DNA of 48,220 bases from Clostridia bacterium (GCA_017410445.1 JAFQQU010000010.1:1-48220), one strand, 5' to 3'. Counted from the first letter of the stretch, positions 1 through 9,883 are shown. The notes: generated by a model from the sequence alone, not told the origin. Numbers and translations: made by a program.

Positions 1-1061
1 ATGCCAAGGACGCCTATCTGAATATCGTCGTCGGCAATGTATATCACCTCAAATTTACCCGAAACCCGCTGAGCTTTATTCAGAAGCAGCAGCCCTACAG
101 CCTGAACAGGATGTTTGATTTTGATGTTGTCCGCAACGGCGAATATGCATGGCGCAGAGGCGATGACGGCTCCATTGCCATGGTACGCAGGATGATGGGC
201 AAGAACAACATTCTCTTCACAAGGTATGCACACGAAGCGGCAGGAGGCTTCTATAAGCAGACAATTCAAAAGGCTGGGAAGGGAGAGGCTGCTATCAAGA
301 ATAGCGACCCAAGGATGACTATTGACAAATTTGGCGGATATACCGAACGAAAAGGCGCGTATTTCATGCTGGTCGAGCATACCGAGAAGGATAAGCGCAT
401 GCGCTCCATCGAAACGGTGTTCCTGATGAACAAAGCATTGTATGAGCGTGACCCTATCAGCTACTGCACGAGTGTGTTGGGGATTTCAGAACCGAAGATA
501 CTCATTCCGAAGATAAAGATCGACTCACTGGTGGAGTATGATGGATTCAGGATGCATATATCCGGTAGAACCGGAACGCGCATAATCTATAAGAATGCCA
601 ATCAACTGATTGTTTCTCCAGAGCAGGTATGCTATATCAAACAGATCGGCAAATATCTGGAGAGGTGTGCGGATGCGCGCGAGGATGTAATAGTCAGTTC
701 GTTTGATGGGATTACTATAGAAGGAAACGAAGCCATGTATCGGCTGCTGCTGGATAAACTGCGCACAGCGCGGTACATTGTGAAGTATGAAACGGTATCC
801 GATACAGTGCAGGAGAATAGTGGAAAATTCAATGCGTTGCCATTAGCGGATCAGTGCCGTGTACTGATGCAAGTATTGAATCTATTCAAGGCAAATGCCG
901 CAAGTGCTGATCTGAAGCTGCTTTGCGGTAAAGCACGAATCGGCATTTTGCTGACATCCAAGAACTTGAACGGCTTTGCAGGTCATAGCTTCAAACTCAT
1001 TAATCAGTCAGTCACCGGTTTCTTTGAGCAGGAGATTGATTTGCTGGGAGATCAGTTTTGA
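1..1061 (+). CDS. cas9: Cas9 endonuclease, C-terminal ~353 codons (5' end lies outside the window)
   Basis: Frame 3 is open from the window edge to TGA 1059-1061. It begins AKDAYLNIVVGN (RuvC-III HxxDAYL-type motif). It ends LINQSVTGFFEQEIDLLGDQF, colinear with the SpCas9 C-terminus [21 protein letters not shown]. A cas1 stump and a CRISPR array follow directly. Confidence 0.9.
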   Translation, partial: AKDAYLNIVVGNVYHLKFTRNPLSFIQKQQPYSLNRMFDFDVVRNGEYAWRRGDDGSIAMVRRMMGKNNILFTRYAHEAAGGFYKQTIQKAGKGEAAIKNSDPRMTIDKFGGYTERKGAYFMLVEHTEKDKRMRSIETVFLMNKALYERDPISYCTSVLGISEPKILIPKIKIDSLVEYDGFRMHISGRTGTRIIYKNANQLIVSPEQVCYIKQIGKYLERCADAREDVIVSSFDGITIEGNEAMYRLLLDKLRTARYIVKYETVSDTVQENSGKFNALPLADQCRVLMQVLNLFKANAASADLKLLCGKARIGILLTSKNLNGFAGHSFKLINQSVTGFFEQEIDLLGDQF

Positions 1062-1237
1062 GCTGGCGCGTGGTGGTGGTGGTGAGCAGCAGTGCCAAAG
1101 TGGATTTCAAGATGGATTATCTGGTTGTGCGCACATTGGATGACACACGGCGGGTACACATCAGCGAGATCGGCGTATTAATACTGGAAAGCACAGCCAT
1201 CTCCATCACAGCCTACTGCAATCAATTGAGGAAGTAA
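1058..1237 (+). pseudogene. cas1: cas1 remnant, first ~59 codons only
   Basis: TTG 1058 overlaps the cas9 stop. The translation is (M)SWRVVVVVSSSAKVDFKMDYLVVRTLDDTRRVHISEIGVLILESTAISITAYCNQLRK*. It aligns with the N-terminus of type II Cas1 (SpCas1 [52 protein letters not shown]...). It then hits TAA 1235-1237, whereas full-length Cas1 is about 290 aa. Confidence 0.75.
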
Positions 1238-1355
1238 TCCTGTTTGATGTAGATTTGTGTGAGCTGACACTTGATTCGTCCGATGAAATGAGCTAAAATA
1301 GAAGTACGGATTCTGAAACAGCACAGCGCTTTGTTGTGGCGTGCTCTCATTTGAG
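1238..1355 (+). promoter_or_regulatory. CRISPR leader with sigmaA-type promoter and ATTTGAG leader-end motif
   Basis: TTGATT (1271-1276), a 17-bp spacer, then TAAAAT (1294-1299). ATTTGAG (1349-1355) abuts the first repeat, matching the conserved leader-end motif of one subgroup of type II-A leaders. Confidence 0.65.
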
Positions 1356-1720
1356 GTTTGAGGGTTGTGTTGTTTTAGAGGGTAAGCAATCACGACCATG
1401 GAAGTCCCGTACTGCGAGGACGTTTGAGAGTTGTGTTGTTTTAGAGGGTAATCAATCGGCTGCACTGCGGGCGACCTGAAAAGCGTGGTTTGAGAGTTGT
1501 GTTGTTTTAGAGGGTAATCAATCCGAAGGCCGTGCAGGTGTGGTATGACGACGGTTTGAGAGTTGTGTTGTTTTAGAGGGTAATCAATCATACCCCGCTT
1601 CCCGGGCTTCCTGCGGTCAGTTTGAGAGTTGTGCTGTTTTAGAGGGTAATCAATCTTGTCGGTCATGTCTTCCAGAGCGTCGGTGTTTGAGAGTTGTGTT
1701 GTTTTAGAGGGTAATCAATT
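1356..1720 (+). CRISPR. CRISPR array, 6 repeats of 36 bp and 5 spacers (30,30,30,30,29 nt)
   Basis: Repeats start at 1356, 1422, 1488, 1554, 1620 and 1685. Consensus is GTTTGAGAGTTGTGTTGTTTTAGAGGGTAATCAATC. Repeat 1 has A8G and T31G, repeat 5 has T15C, and repeat 6 has C36T. The spacers are unique. Confidence 0.96.
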
Positions 1721-1751
1721 GTCAAGCCGTCCATAGCCATTCAAACATAGC

Positions 1752-1815
1752 AAAATAATGCCAGAAAGAGATGTCGAAAAATCAAGATGACATCTTTTTC
1801 TGGCATTATTTTTGT
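1752..1815. terminator. Bidirectional Rho-independent terminator between the array and the convergent regulator gene
   Basis: The arms AAAATAATGCCAGAAAGAGATGTC (1752-1775) and GACATCTTTTTCTGGCATTATTTT (1789-1812) pair almost perfectly. T-runs lie on both sides. Confidence 0.8.
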
Positions 1816-1833
1816 ATGCTTTGCTGACATATA

Positions 1834-4068
1834 TCAATCCGAAGAATAGCTTTTATGTCGTACATGGGCGGCGGCATATTCGCTGGGAGTAACATCCATA
1901 ACGCGTTTGAATGCCAGCCGGAATGTATGGTCGCTGTTATAGCCAACCTGTGAGGCTACATTCTTAATTGTCGCTTCCCCGTCTCGCAGCAATGCGCAGG
2001 CTTTGGTGATTCTCAGGCCTTCCAAAAGTTTGGCGAAGGTGCTGTTAAAGCGTTCGCGGATAAAGTCATACAGGAACCGTTCGCTCAATCCTAAAGGCTC
2101 AACCAGATTTTCGAGCGACAGGTTAGCGTTTGTATAGTTCTCAGAAAGAAAAGAATAAATTCGTTCCTCCAGATGGTCGTCGCGGCGGCTGCTTTCGTTG
2201 AGCAGGATATCTGCCATTTCGGCGCAGAGGTTTTCGATGTGCTGAAACAGGCCGTCAAGTGTGTTTTCCAGACACATTGCGCGTAAGTGATGATCGATCC
2301 TGGCGTCTGTCAGATAGGATTGCATGCCGCGGATGACGGTTCCGCGCACCTCAAACAAAAGCTGCCTGGTCATGAACGCGGAGAGCTTGCGGTCGGTATA
2401 GTTGTGAAGACGAACTTCTTTAAGGAGATCCGAGAGCATGACAGTATTTCCCATCTTCAGAGCATGGATGATCTGAAGCTCCATATCAATGGGATAATCA
2501 TAATAGGTTTCCGAAAGCAGGGACGCGACGCCTGAAAAGTGCATCTCGACAGTGCTGTTTTCAGGATCGGCGCGCATGATTTCGATCATTGCGACGGTTT
2601 CATCGTAGGCGATATGAATCTGCTGAGTGGTCTCACACAGATTGCTGACGCAAAGCTGATAGGATTGGTCCCGTGCAATGGAGTTGAGCCGTATGCACAG
2701 TGAATGGCTGCATTCCGTCCAGTAAGTCTGGTCAGCGTCCTGCGGCAGAAAGAACAGAATGACATACCGGTCTGAGAAGAACAGAGCGCGTGCCTCATAA
2801 GGTTCCAGCGCTTTCTGGAGAGCGGCAGTGGTTTCCTGATACGAATTTTTCTGAGCACGGCTTTGAATAGCAATGACGCCGAATTTGTGATTCTTCAGGG
2901 AAATATGGGCATGACTGCTCAGCTGCTCAAGCCGGTCGAGATTTTCGTATTCACCCAGCAGCAGGCAGCGAACCAGTTCGAAACTGATCAGCTCGCGCTG
3001 ACTGTCGCTGAGCAGCCGGTAGGTTGAATTTTTCTCCATCAGCTGGGCAATTGTATTTTCGATAAGGATGTATTCGTCAGGATTGTCCAGATATTCTCTG
3101 GGAATCTGATCGGAAAGAGAGGATACGATGCGCCGAAGCGGTTCAGCACTGTTTTTGCTCAGAAACAGGCACAGAACGATATCAATCAGCAGCATAATCA
3201 CAGTAAGCCGCAGAATCTGAGCAGAAGTCTGATTGACACTGGCGTACAGATGACTCTTGGGCAGAAGGGCAACCAGATTCCATGAAGGCAGGACAGAAGC
3301 CGAGAAGGAGGCGTAACTGCTCGGCGGGGTTGCTGCGCCGGACAGGTAGCTGCTGCACCAGGCGGCTTCGGCGCCCGGCGAGAGGAATCCGGCATTGCCC
3401 AAAGACAGGATTATTTGTCCGTCAGAGGCAAGCAGCGCGGTATATCCGGAAATAGCAGTCAGCGGACGGAGCATCTCGGTCATCAGCGATTTGTCGATAC
3501 GCAGAATAAGCAGGGCGCTGCTGTGCGAAGTGATGCGATAATGGGTTATATGCAGCAGTTCTCCTCCGGGCATCAGATAGAATCCATTGAGCAGATTGCG
3601 GCGGATAAAGCTCTGCCATTCAGAATAAGGCATGGAGGTGAAGCTGAGGGTGGCGTTGTACATGGTTTCGTCCATCTGGACAGCGCTGCTCCCGCTGAGC
3701 AGCCAGTTTGTAGCGAAAGAATAGAGATAGATTCCTTCGATATTTGAATTGGACAGAATATAGTTATTCAGCGATTCTTTCCACACATAAAGATCGCTGA
3801 TGGTCTGCTTCTGAACGGAAGTCGTCTTGATGAATGCCTGTACTTCGTTATTCCTGAGAACGCTTTCTGAGAGAGCCTGAATATCTGTCGCCGTATTGCT
3901 GATCATTTCGGCGTTGTGGGTCAGGCTGTTTTGATAGGTGATCGTATTCTGTTCGATGGCGCCTTGATTCATGAACACCTGAAGAGCGCATATGCAGAGC
4001 AGGGGAAGCATCAGCACAGCTGTAAATGACAAAAACAATTTCATAAAAGTCTTCGATACTTTTATCAC
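1834..4068 (-). CDS. Membrane-anchored AraC-family transcriptional regulator with large N-terminal sensor region
   Basis: C-terminal AraC HTH (ITKACALLRDGEATIKNVASQVGYNSDHTFRLAFKRVMDVTPSEY). N-terminal TM helix FLSFTAVLMLPLLCICALQVF. An AAAGGAG RBS lies 9 nt before GTG 4068. The ORF-track ATG 4107 has no RBS and sits just after a TATAAT-like box. Confidence 0.8.
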   Translation of the reverse strand: MIKVSKTFMKLFLSFTAVLMLPLLCICALQVFMNQGAIEQNTITYQNSLTHNAEMISNTATDIQALSESVLRNNEVQAFIKTTSVQKQTISDLYVWKESLNNYILSNSNIEGIYLYSFATNWLLSGSSAVQMDETMYNATLSFTSMPYSEWQSFIRRNLLNGFYLMPGGELLHITHYRITSHSSALLILRIDKSLMTEMLRPLTAISGYTALLASDGQIILSLGNAGFLSPGAEAAWCSSYLSGAATPPSSYASFSASVLPSWNLVALLPKSHLYASVNQTSAQILRLTVIMLLIDIVLCLFLSKNSAEPLRRIVSSLSDQIPREYLDNPDEYILIENTIAQLMEKNSTYRLLSDSQRELISFELVRCLLLGEYENLDRLEQLSSHAHISLKNHKFGVIAIQSRAQKNSYQETTAALQKALEPYEARALFFSDRYVILFFLPQDADQTYWTECSHSLCIRLNSIARDQSYQLCVSNLCETTQQIHIAYDETVAMIEIMRADPENSTVEMHFSGVASLLSETYYDYPIDMELQIIHALKMGNTVMLSDLLKEVRLHNYTDRKLSAFMTRQLLFEVRGTVIRGMQSYLTDARIDHHLRAMCLENTLDGLFQHIENLCAEMADILLNESSRRDDHLEERIYSFLSENYTNANLSLENLVEPLGLSERFLYDFIRERFNSTFAKLLEGLRITKACALLRDGEATIKNVASQVGYNSDHTFRLAFKRVMDVTPSEYAAAHVRHKSYSSD

Positions 4069-4308
4069 TTCAACCGGCTCCTTTCGACAAAACAACAGCA
4101 AATTCATACATTTTATCTGTAATTATAGCACATCTTCTGTCAGATCGGAATAAAATTCAAAATTATGCCGCTTCATGTAAGAATTTTACGCTCTCAATTT
4201 GGTTGACAATGTAACAATTTGATGATGAAAAGGAGAATATGAAGTTTACGATATGATGAGAACGCGTTAAAATGAGAACGTGATATGTTGGAAAGCGAGG
4301 GATTGGCC

Positions 4309-5226
4309 ATGGAAAAAAGAATGCAAAAAAGGCTTAAACAAATGCGCCGGCACTGGCAGCTGTATCTGATTTTTTTGCTGCCGCTGGTTCATGTCCTTCT
4401 TTTTAAGTATGCGCCTATGTACGGTATCGTCATTGCGTTCAAGCGTTACAATCCTGTTCGCGGAATTCTGGGGAGCCCGTGGGCGGGCCTGAAGTATTTC
4501 CGACAGTTTTTTTCCTCTCCGCTGAGCTGGACGGTCATCATCAATACGCTGCGAATCAGCGGACTGGGTTTGATTTTCTATTTTCCGTTTCCGATTATTC
4601 TGGCGGTCGCGCTGAACGAATGCGGCAACAGGTTCTATAAAAAAACTGTTCAGATGATCACCTATGCGCCTTATTTCATTTCCACGGTCGTTCTGGTCGG
4701 CATTATACTGCAGGTCACTGATCTGCGCATGGGCGTTATCAATATGGCTATTCAGGCATTCGGCGGTCAGCCAATAAACTTTATGGGAAAGCCTGAAATG
4801 TTCACAGGGATTTACATTATCTCGGACATATGGAAAGGCGCAGGATATTCGTCCATTCTGTATCTGGCGGCGCTGTCCGGCGTGAGCCCGGAACTGCATG
4901 AGGCGGCTATTGTTGACGGCGCGAACAAGCTCAAACGTGTCTGGCACATCGATCTTCCGTCCATTCTTCCCACGATTGTCCTGCAGCTCATCATGGGTAT
5001 GGGCAATATTATGAATCTCGGATATGAAAAGGTCTATCTGATGCAGAACGATATGAACATTGCGGTTTCGGAGGTTATTTCGACGTATGTTTATAAAGTG
5101 GGTCTGCAGAGGAGCAATTTCAGCTTTTCAACGGCTATCGGTCTGATGAATACGGTCGTATCCCTGGTTCTGGTAAGCACGGCGAACTTTACGGCGCGCA
5201 AGCTGACCGGCTCGTCGATGTGGTAA
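4309..5226 (+). CDS. Carbohydrate ABC transporter permease (LplB/MalF-like)
   Basis: Multi-TM protein with the EAA loop HEAAIVDGANKLKRVWHIDLPSILP. A GAGGG RBS precedes ATG 4309. A second permease and a binding protein follow. Confidence 0.85.
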   Translation: MEKRMQKRLKQMRRHWQLYLIFLLPLVHVLLFKYAPMYGIVIAFKRYNPVRGILGSPWAGLKYFRQFFSSPLSWTVIINTLRISGLGLIFYFPFPIILAVALNECGNRFYKKTVQMITYAPYFISTVVLVGIILQVTDLRMGVINMAIQAFGGQPINFMGKPEMFTGIYIISDIWKGAGYSSILYLAALSGVSPELHEAAIVDGANKLKRVWHIDLPSILPTIVLQLIMGMGNIMNLGYEKVYLMQNDMNIAVSEVISTYVYKVGLQRSNFSFSTAIGLMNTVVSLVLVSTANFTARKLTGSSMW

Positions 5227-5239
5227 GGAGGTGCGGCAG

Positions 5240-6139
5240 ATGAGTGCAAAACATGGAATCAAAATGACCCGTGTGGATAAAGCGTTCACCTTCTTTGTGT
5301 ATGTGTTTCTGACGTTCTGCCTGCTGGCAGTGCTGTATCCGCTTCTGTATGTTGTTGCTGCGTCATTTTCCGATCCGTCGGCAGTTGCTACCGGCAAAGT
5401 ATGGGTCTGGCCGGTTAGACCGACGCTGATTGCCTACCAGACGGTGCTGGGATACCGGAATATCCAGACGGGATTTGTAAATTCGTTTGCCTATATGTTC
5501 GGCAGTACGGCGCTGAGCCTGATCGGCACAATCATGGCGGCGTATCCGCTGAGCCGGAAGGAGTTTGTTGGCCGCGGCGTTTTTACGTTTGTTTTCGCCT
5601 TTACGATGTATGTCGGCGGCGGTCTGATTCCGACATACCTGCTGATCAGCAGTCTGATAATGCTGGATACCTATTGGGTCATGGTCATTCCGGGCATGGT
5701 CAGCGTATGGCATGTAATCATGTGCAGGACGTATTTTCAGACGACGATTTCGGATGAGCTCTATGAGGCGGCTGAGATAGACGGCTGCTCGGATTTCTGG
5801 TATCTGATCCGGATCATTCTTCCGCTGTCGATGCCGATTCTGGCTGTTCTTGGCATGTATACGGCGGTAGGCAGCTGGAATGGATATTTCAGCGCCATGA
5901 TTTATCTGACCAGCCAGGAAAAATATCCGCTGCAAATCACGCTGCGGTCGATTCTGATGCTGGGGCGGGTTGAAATGACATCGATTGATGATGCGGAAGC
6001 ACTGCAGAACATGCAGGCATTGTCCACGCTTCTCAAATATGCAGTCATTGTTGTTGCCAGCGCCCCGATGATGGTTATCTACGTTTTTGTTCAGAAGTTC
6101 TTCGTAAAAGGCGTCATGATCGGATCGATCAAGGGCTGA
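5240..6139 (+). CDS. Carbohydrate ABC transporter permease (LplC/MalG-like)
   Basis: EAA loop YEAAEIDGCSDFWYLIRIILPLSMP and six predicted TM segments. A TAAGGAGG RBS lies 8-9 nt before ATG 5240. Confidence 0.85.
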   Translation: MSAKHGIKMTRVDKAFTFFVYVFLTFCLLAVLYPLLYVVAASFSDPSAVATGKVWVWPVRPTLIAYQTVLGYRNIQTGFVNSFAYMFGSTALSLIGTIMAAYPLSRKEFVGRGVFTFVFAFTMYVGGGLIPTYLLISSLIMLDTYWVMVIPGMVSVWHVIMCRTYFQTTISDELYEAAEIDGCSDFWYLIRIILPLSMPILAVLGMYTAVGSWNGYFSAMIYLTSQEKYPLQITLRSILMLGRVEMTSIDDAEALQNMQALSTLLKYAVIVVASAPMMVIYVFVQKFFVKGVMIGSIKG

Positions 6140-6195
6140 GAATGGAAATTGACGGGGCGGATCCCGTTGATTATATTATTTAAGGAGGTAATCCC

Positions 6196-7785
6196 ATGAC
6201 CCGTAAGTTCTGGAAGACCCTGCTTCTGGCGATGCTCATCCTGTGCATGAGCATGATCACTGTTCCGGTGTTCGCAGCGGAAGACGTTCCGACGCTGGAA
6301 ATCTTCATTGAGGAAGTTGTTACGGTTGAGGACTTCGAGACCAATGCTGCGACGCTCTGGATTCAGGAGCAGCTGGGCTGCGAGCTCGATTTCATCGTTG
6401 CTCCGACCGGCTCTGCGGAGGAGAAGCTGAATGTTCTGCTCAACAGCGGCGAGTATCCGGACATCTTCTATCGTGCGATTCCCAACGAGAATCTGTATGG
6501 CGTTGAATCCGGCTTGCTGCTTGACCTGTCTGAGTATGTTGCAGACACCGAGGTCATGCCGAACCTCAATTACCTGATGGAGATTCGCCCGGCTCTGATT
6601 CCCCAGCTGAGAGCGGTTAACGGCGCTCTGTATACCGCGCCCCATTACTCTGAGTGCGTACACTGCCAGTATTCCAACAAGATGTTCTATAACAAGGGAC
6701 TGCTTGAAGCGATCGGCAAGGAAGTCCCCACGACCACCGATGAAATGTACGACGTCATGGTGGCGTTCAAGGCGGCTTATCCGGACGGCATTCCTTATGC
6801 GGCCTGTATCGATGCTCAGAGTGCTCCGTGGGCATTCCTGACCAATGCGTGGACTTATTCGACGCTGTCCACCGGCGCATCCGGCAACATCGGCCTGCGC
6901 CTGCATGACGGCGTTGTAGAGTCCATGATCGATGACGAAGAATATCGCGAAGCTCTGCGCTATATCAAGAAGCTGTATGGGGAAGATCTGCTGTACGAAG
7001 GCTCTTTCACGATGGATACCAGCCAGCTCAAGGCGCTGCTTGCTTCCGATACCCCTGTTCTCTTCTGGAGCGCGACTCATAATGTCAAGTATGTCAACGC
7101 TGCGGATACCCCCGAGCTGTACGCCAATCAGAAGCCCCTGGCTCCCCTGAAGGGACCGGAAGGCGCTCAGTATGCCAGCTACTATCCGCCGACCCCCACC
7201 CCCGGCATCGCTGTTTCCGCTTCCTGTGAGAACATTGACCTGGCGATCAAGTTCATCGACCTGCACTATACTGCCGAGGCCATCTGGACCATCAACGAAG
7301 GCGTTCGCGGCGAGAACTGGGATTGGGCTGCAGAGGGTCAGAAGACGATGCTCGGCAATCCGGCAAATGCTTACCGCATCGGCGAATATATCACCGATAT
7401 CCAGAATGTCAAGTGGGAGCCGCGCGGAGTTGGCGTTGACATCGAAGAGTATCAGGGCCGTCCTTTTGACGCCGAGGCCTATGACGAGACTCTGGCCGAA
7501 TGGGGCAGCGCTTTCCGTTCCATTATGACCAATGAATTCTATGCGCCCTACTATCAGGACGAGTATCAGACCATTCCCACTCTGAAGTTCACCTCTGAAG
7601 AGGAAGAAGAACTGAGCATGATCAACGTATCTCTGCTGAACTACATTGCTCAGTCCCGCATCGGCTTCATCACCGGTACGATGGATCTGGACAAGGATTG
7701 GGATTCGTATGTATCCAGCCTGAACAACATGGGTCTGGAGACGATCATTGATCTGTATCAGACCTCCTATGATCGCGTCAAGTAA
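6196..7785 (+). CDS. Extracellular solute-binding protein of a sugar ABC transporter (LplA-like)
   Basis: Signal peptide MTRKFWKTLLLAMLILCMSMITVPVFAAE. Its size (~529 aa) and its position after two permeases fit. TAAGGAGG RBS. Confidence 0.8.
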   Translation: MTRKFWKTLLLAMLILCMSMITVPVFAAEDVPTLEIFIEEVVTVEDFETNAATLWIQEQLGCELDFIVAPTGSAEEKLNVLLNSGEYPDIFYRAIPNENLYGVESGLLLDLSEYVADTEVMPNLNYLMEIRPALIPQLRAVNGALYTAPHYSECVHCQYSNKMFYNKGLLEAIGKEVPTTTDEMYDVMVAFKAAYPDGIPYAACIDAQSAPWAFLTNAWTYSTLSTGASGNIGLRLHDGVVESMIDDEEYREALRYIKKLYGEDLLYEGSFTMDTSQLKALLASDTPVLFWSATHNVKYVNAADTPELYANQKPLAPLKGPEGAQYASYYPPTPTPGIAVSASCENIDLAIKFIDLHYTAEAIWTINEGVRGENWDWAAEGQKTMLGNPANAYRIGEYITDIQNVKWEPRGVGVDIEEYQGRPFDAEAYDETLAEWGSAFRSIMTNEFYAPYYQDEYQTIPTLKFTSEEEEELSMINVSLLNYIAQSRIGFITGTMDLDKDWDSYVSSLNNMGLETIIDLYQTSYDRVK

Positions 7786-7800
7786 GCTATAACTGCCGGG

Positions 7801-7830
7801 AAACGGGGAACTTCGGTTCCCCGTTTTTCC
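7801..7830 (+). terminator. Rho-independent terminator of the ABC transporter unit
   Basis: AAACGGGGAAC-ttcg-GTTCCCCGTTT followed by TTCC. Confidence 0.8.
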
Positions 7831-7896
7831 AAATCCGACAATTATGCTGTTTTATTGTTCGGGAAGCCTTGTTTTTTCCGTATGGGAGGAGCAGAT

Positions 7897-9444
7897 ATGA
7901 AAACATGTAAACGGGTTGTTCTCTTTGGCGTCGACGGCGCCGGAACATATTTTGAGCAGGCGAAAACACCGAACATCGACCGGATCTTTTGCGGCGGTTC
8001 AGTCTGCAGGAGAACGCTGACCGAGATTCCGTCCATCAGCGCAGAGTGTTGGGGTTCCATGCTGCATGGCGTAAGCTGTGAGCAGCACGGCCTGACAAAC
8101 TGGACGGCATCCAACCTTCCGTATCCGTCAGATTCTCCGTATCCGTCGGTATTTAAGGCGATTCGTGAAGCGTGTCCGGATGCTGTGCTGGCGTCCTTTT
8201 CGGATTGGCCAGCCATCAACGATGGCATCATTGAACAGGATATCGGCGTTTACAAGCAGAGCGCGCTGGATTTTTATCTGATTGATCAGGCTGTTGATTA
8301 CATTGAAGAGAACGACTTTACCTTTCTGTTCATACAGTTCGACAGCGTAGACCGTATGGGGCACCGGCACGGATATGGTTCGCAGACGCATCTGGATTTG
8401 ATTACTCTGACGGATACTTATATCGGCCGGATGGTCCGCACGCTGGAAAAGCAGAACAGGCTGGAGGACACGCTGCTGATCGTTGAGGCGGATCACGGAG
8501 GCACGCGGGCCAGATACAGCGCGCTCCTTGGAAATCACGGCGGTGATTCGGATGAGGAGAAGTATGTCCTTTTTGCGGCTGTCGGAGGAGGCGTTTGCCC
8601 GGGTGAAATCACCGGGATGATGGTTCGCGATACGGCGGCCGTAATTCTTCATGCGCTGGGCATTCCGCAGCCGGCAAGCTGGTCTGCCTGTGTGCCGAAC
8701 GGTCTGTTTAATGATGCTCCGATGACTGTCAGAAGACAGGAAACTGCAGAAAAAGCGATTACGGCGTCTGAAGCGGACTGCGCTGAGCGCGGAGAGTTTC
8801 TGAAACGCTTTGCGGCCATGGAGCCTATGATCTATCTTCCTTTTGACGATGAAGCAGAAGGCAGGATGGAGGCGCTTGAGTCCTACGGGAAGCTCTATCG
8901 GATTGAAGGCCGGAAAGGAAAAGGGCTCAGGATGGATGACGGCTGTATTTCGCTGGGGTGCCCCGATCTGCATAAAGGTTTTACGATGATGGCATGGATG
9001 AAGCTGAATCATGGCGAGGCCCGGGCGGAAGTGATGAAGGTATGCTCGGAAAAGGGCGAACAGAGCCTGCTGCTGCATCTGGCTTCCTATGGCAATTTCC
9101 CGCAATATATCATATTGAAGATTCTGGACCGATCGAATCTGGAGCCTGTCAGCATCCTGATTCCCAGACCGAAGGAGATTATCGGACGGTGGACGCATAT
9201 TTGCGTGTCCTTCGATCCGGCGCGCAGGACGCTTATTTTCTGGATGGATTTCAGGGAAGTATTCCGCTGGAATATCGAAAAAGAAAGAGAGTTCCCGCTG
9301 GAGGGCGGAACTCTGCATATTGGCGGAGAGCCGGGGCTGGAATCTGGCAAATATCTGCCGGCCGTACTGGATGATGTATGCATATTGAGCAAGCCCATTG
9401 GTCATGCAGAAATTGAGACTTTCAGGACATACTACGGCGTCTGA
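7897..9444 (+). CDS. Alkaline-phosphatase-superfamily (nucleotide pyrophosphatase/phosphodiesterase-type) protein with C-terminal LamG-like domain
   Basis: Motifs VVLFGVDGAG, FDSVDRMGHRHGYGS and VEADHGG. The C-terminal ~170 aa resembles a concanavalin/LamG jellyroll (LHIGGEPG...LDDVCILSKPIGHAEI). A GGGAGGAG RBS precedes ATG 7897. No signal peptide. Confidence 0.65.
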   Translation: MKTCKRVVLFGVDGAGTYFEQAKTPNIDRIFCGGSVCRRTLTEIPSISAECWGSMLHGVSCEQHGLTNWTASNLPYPSDSPYPSVFKAIREACPDAVLASFSDWPAINDGIIEQDIGVYKQSALDFYLIDQAVDYIEENDFTFLFIQFDSVDRMGHRHGYGSQTHLDLITLTDTYIGRMVRTLEKQNRLEDTLLIVEADHGGTRARYSALLGNHGGDSDEEKYVLFAAVGGGVCPGEITGMMVRDTAAVILHALGIPQPASWSACVPNGLFNDAPMTVRRQETAEKAITASEADCAERGEFLKRFAAMEPMIYLPFDDEAEGRMEALESYGKLYRIEGRKGKGLRMDDGCISLGCPDLHKGFTMMAWMKLNHGEARAEVMKVCSEKGEQSLLLHLASYGNFPQYIILKILDRSNLEPVSILIPRPKEIIGRWTHICVSFDPARRTLIFWMDFREVFRWNIEKEREFPLEGGTLHIGGEPGLESGKYLPAVLDDVCILSKPIGHAEIETFRTYYGV

Positions 9445-9589
9445 ATCCGGAGAGGATGAGCGGCGACCTGGCCGGATTTTTGAGCATTAAGAGCAATCGG
9501 GGATTCTGACTTTAGACAGCTTCAGCTTTTCACTTCGTGAAAAAGAAGGACGGCATGGAGTGCTGCGCGGAGGGAGGAGACACAGAAAG

Positions 9590-9883
9590 ATGTTCGGCAG
9601 AAAGAAAAAGCGCATCATGCTGGCAATGCTGGATGAGGCTGAAAATGAGATACTGAGGCTGCCGGTCAAGGAGCTTACACTGCCGGAGGAGGCCGTACTT
9701 CAGATGAGTATACGTTATTTCAACGATCCGGATCCCTGTTTTATTCACCGGGAAGCCGTTCGGCAGCGCGCAGTGATGGAACTGATGGAACACACCGGAT
9801 CCTTTCCGCTTACCGAACTCAGCGAAGAAGTCAGATTATGCTTTCGGCAGGGAACAAAACTGCGCATTTGGGAGGAAGGGTAA
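9590..9883 (+). CDS. Hypothetical small protein (97 aa)
   Basis: A GGAGGGAGGAG RBS precedes ATG 9590. Its TAA overlaps the next gene's ATG (TAATG). No recognisable domain. Confidence 0.4.
   Translation: MFGRKKKRIMLAMLDEAENEILRLPVKELTLPEEAVLQMSIRYFNDPDPCFIHREAVRQRAVMELMEHTGSFPLTELSEEVRLCFRQGTKLRIWEEG

Noticed and set aside
1238-1391. Possible tracrRNA in the leader (GCTAAAATAGAAGTACGG resembles the SpCas9 tracrRNA nexus) or antisense to variant repeat 1
   Set aside because: No anti-repeat complementary to the 5' half of the repeat is present on the + strand here. The TAAAAT is better explained as the -10 box of the leader promoter, 17 bp after TTGATT. Repeat 1 sits exactly 30 nt from repeat 2, so it is a normal array unit. 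The tracrRNA is probably upstream of cas9, outside the window.
1178-1666. 162-aa minus-strand ORF with the recurring peptide IDYPLKQHNSQT
   Set aside because: It is the CRISPR array read in antisense. The periodic peptide is simply the translated 36-bp repeat.
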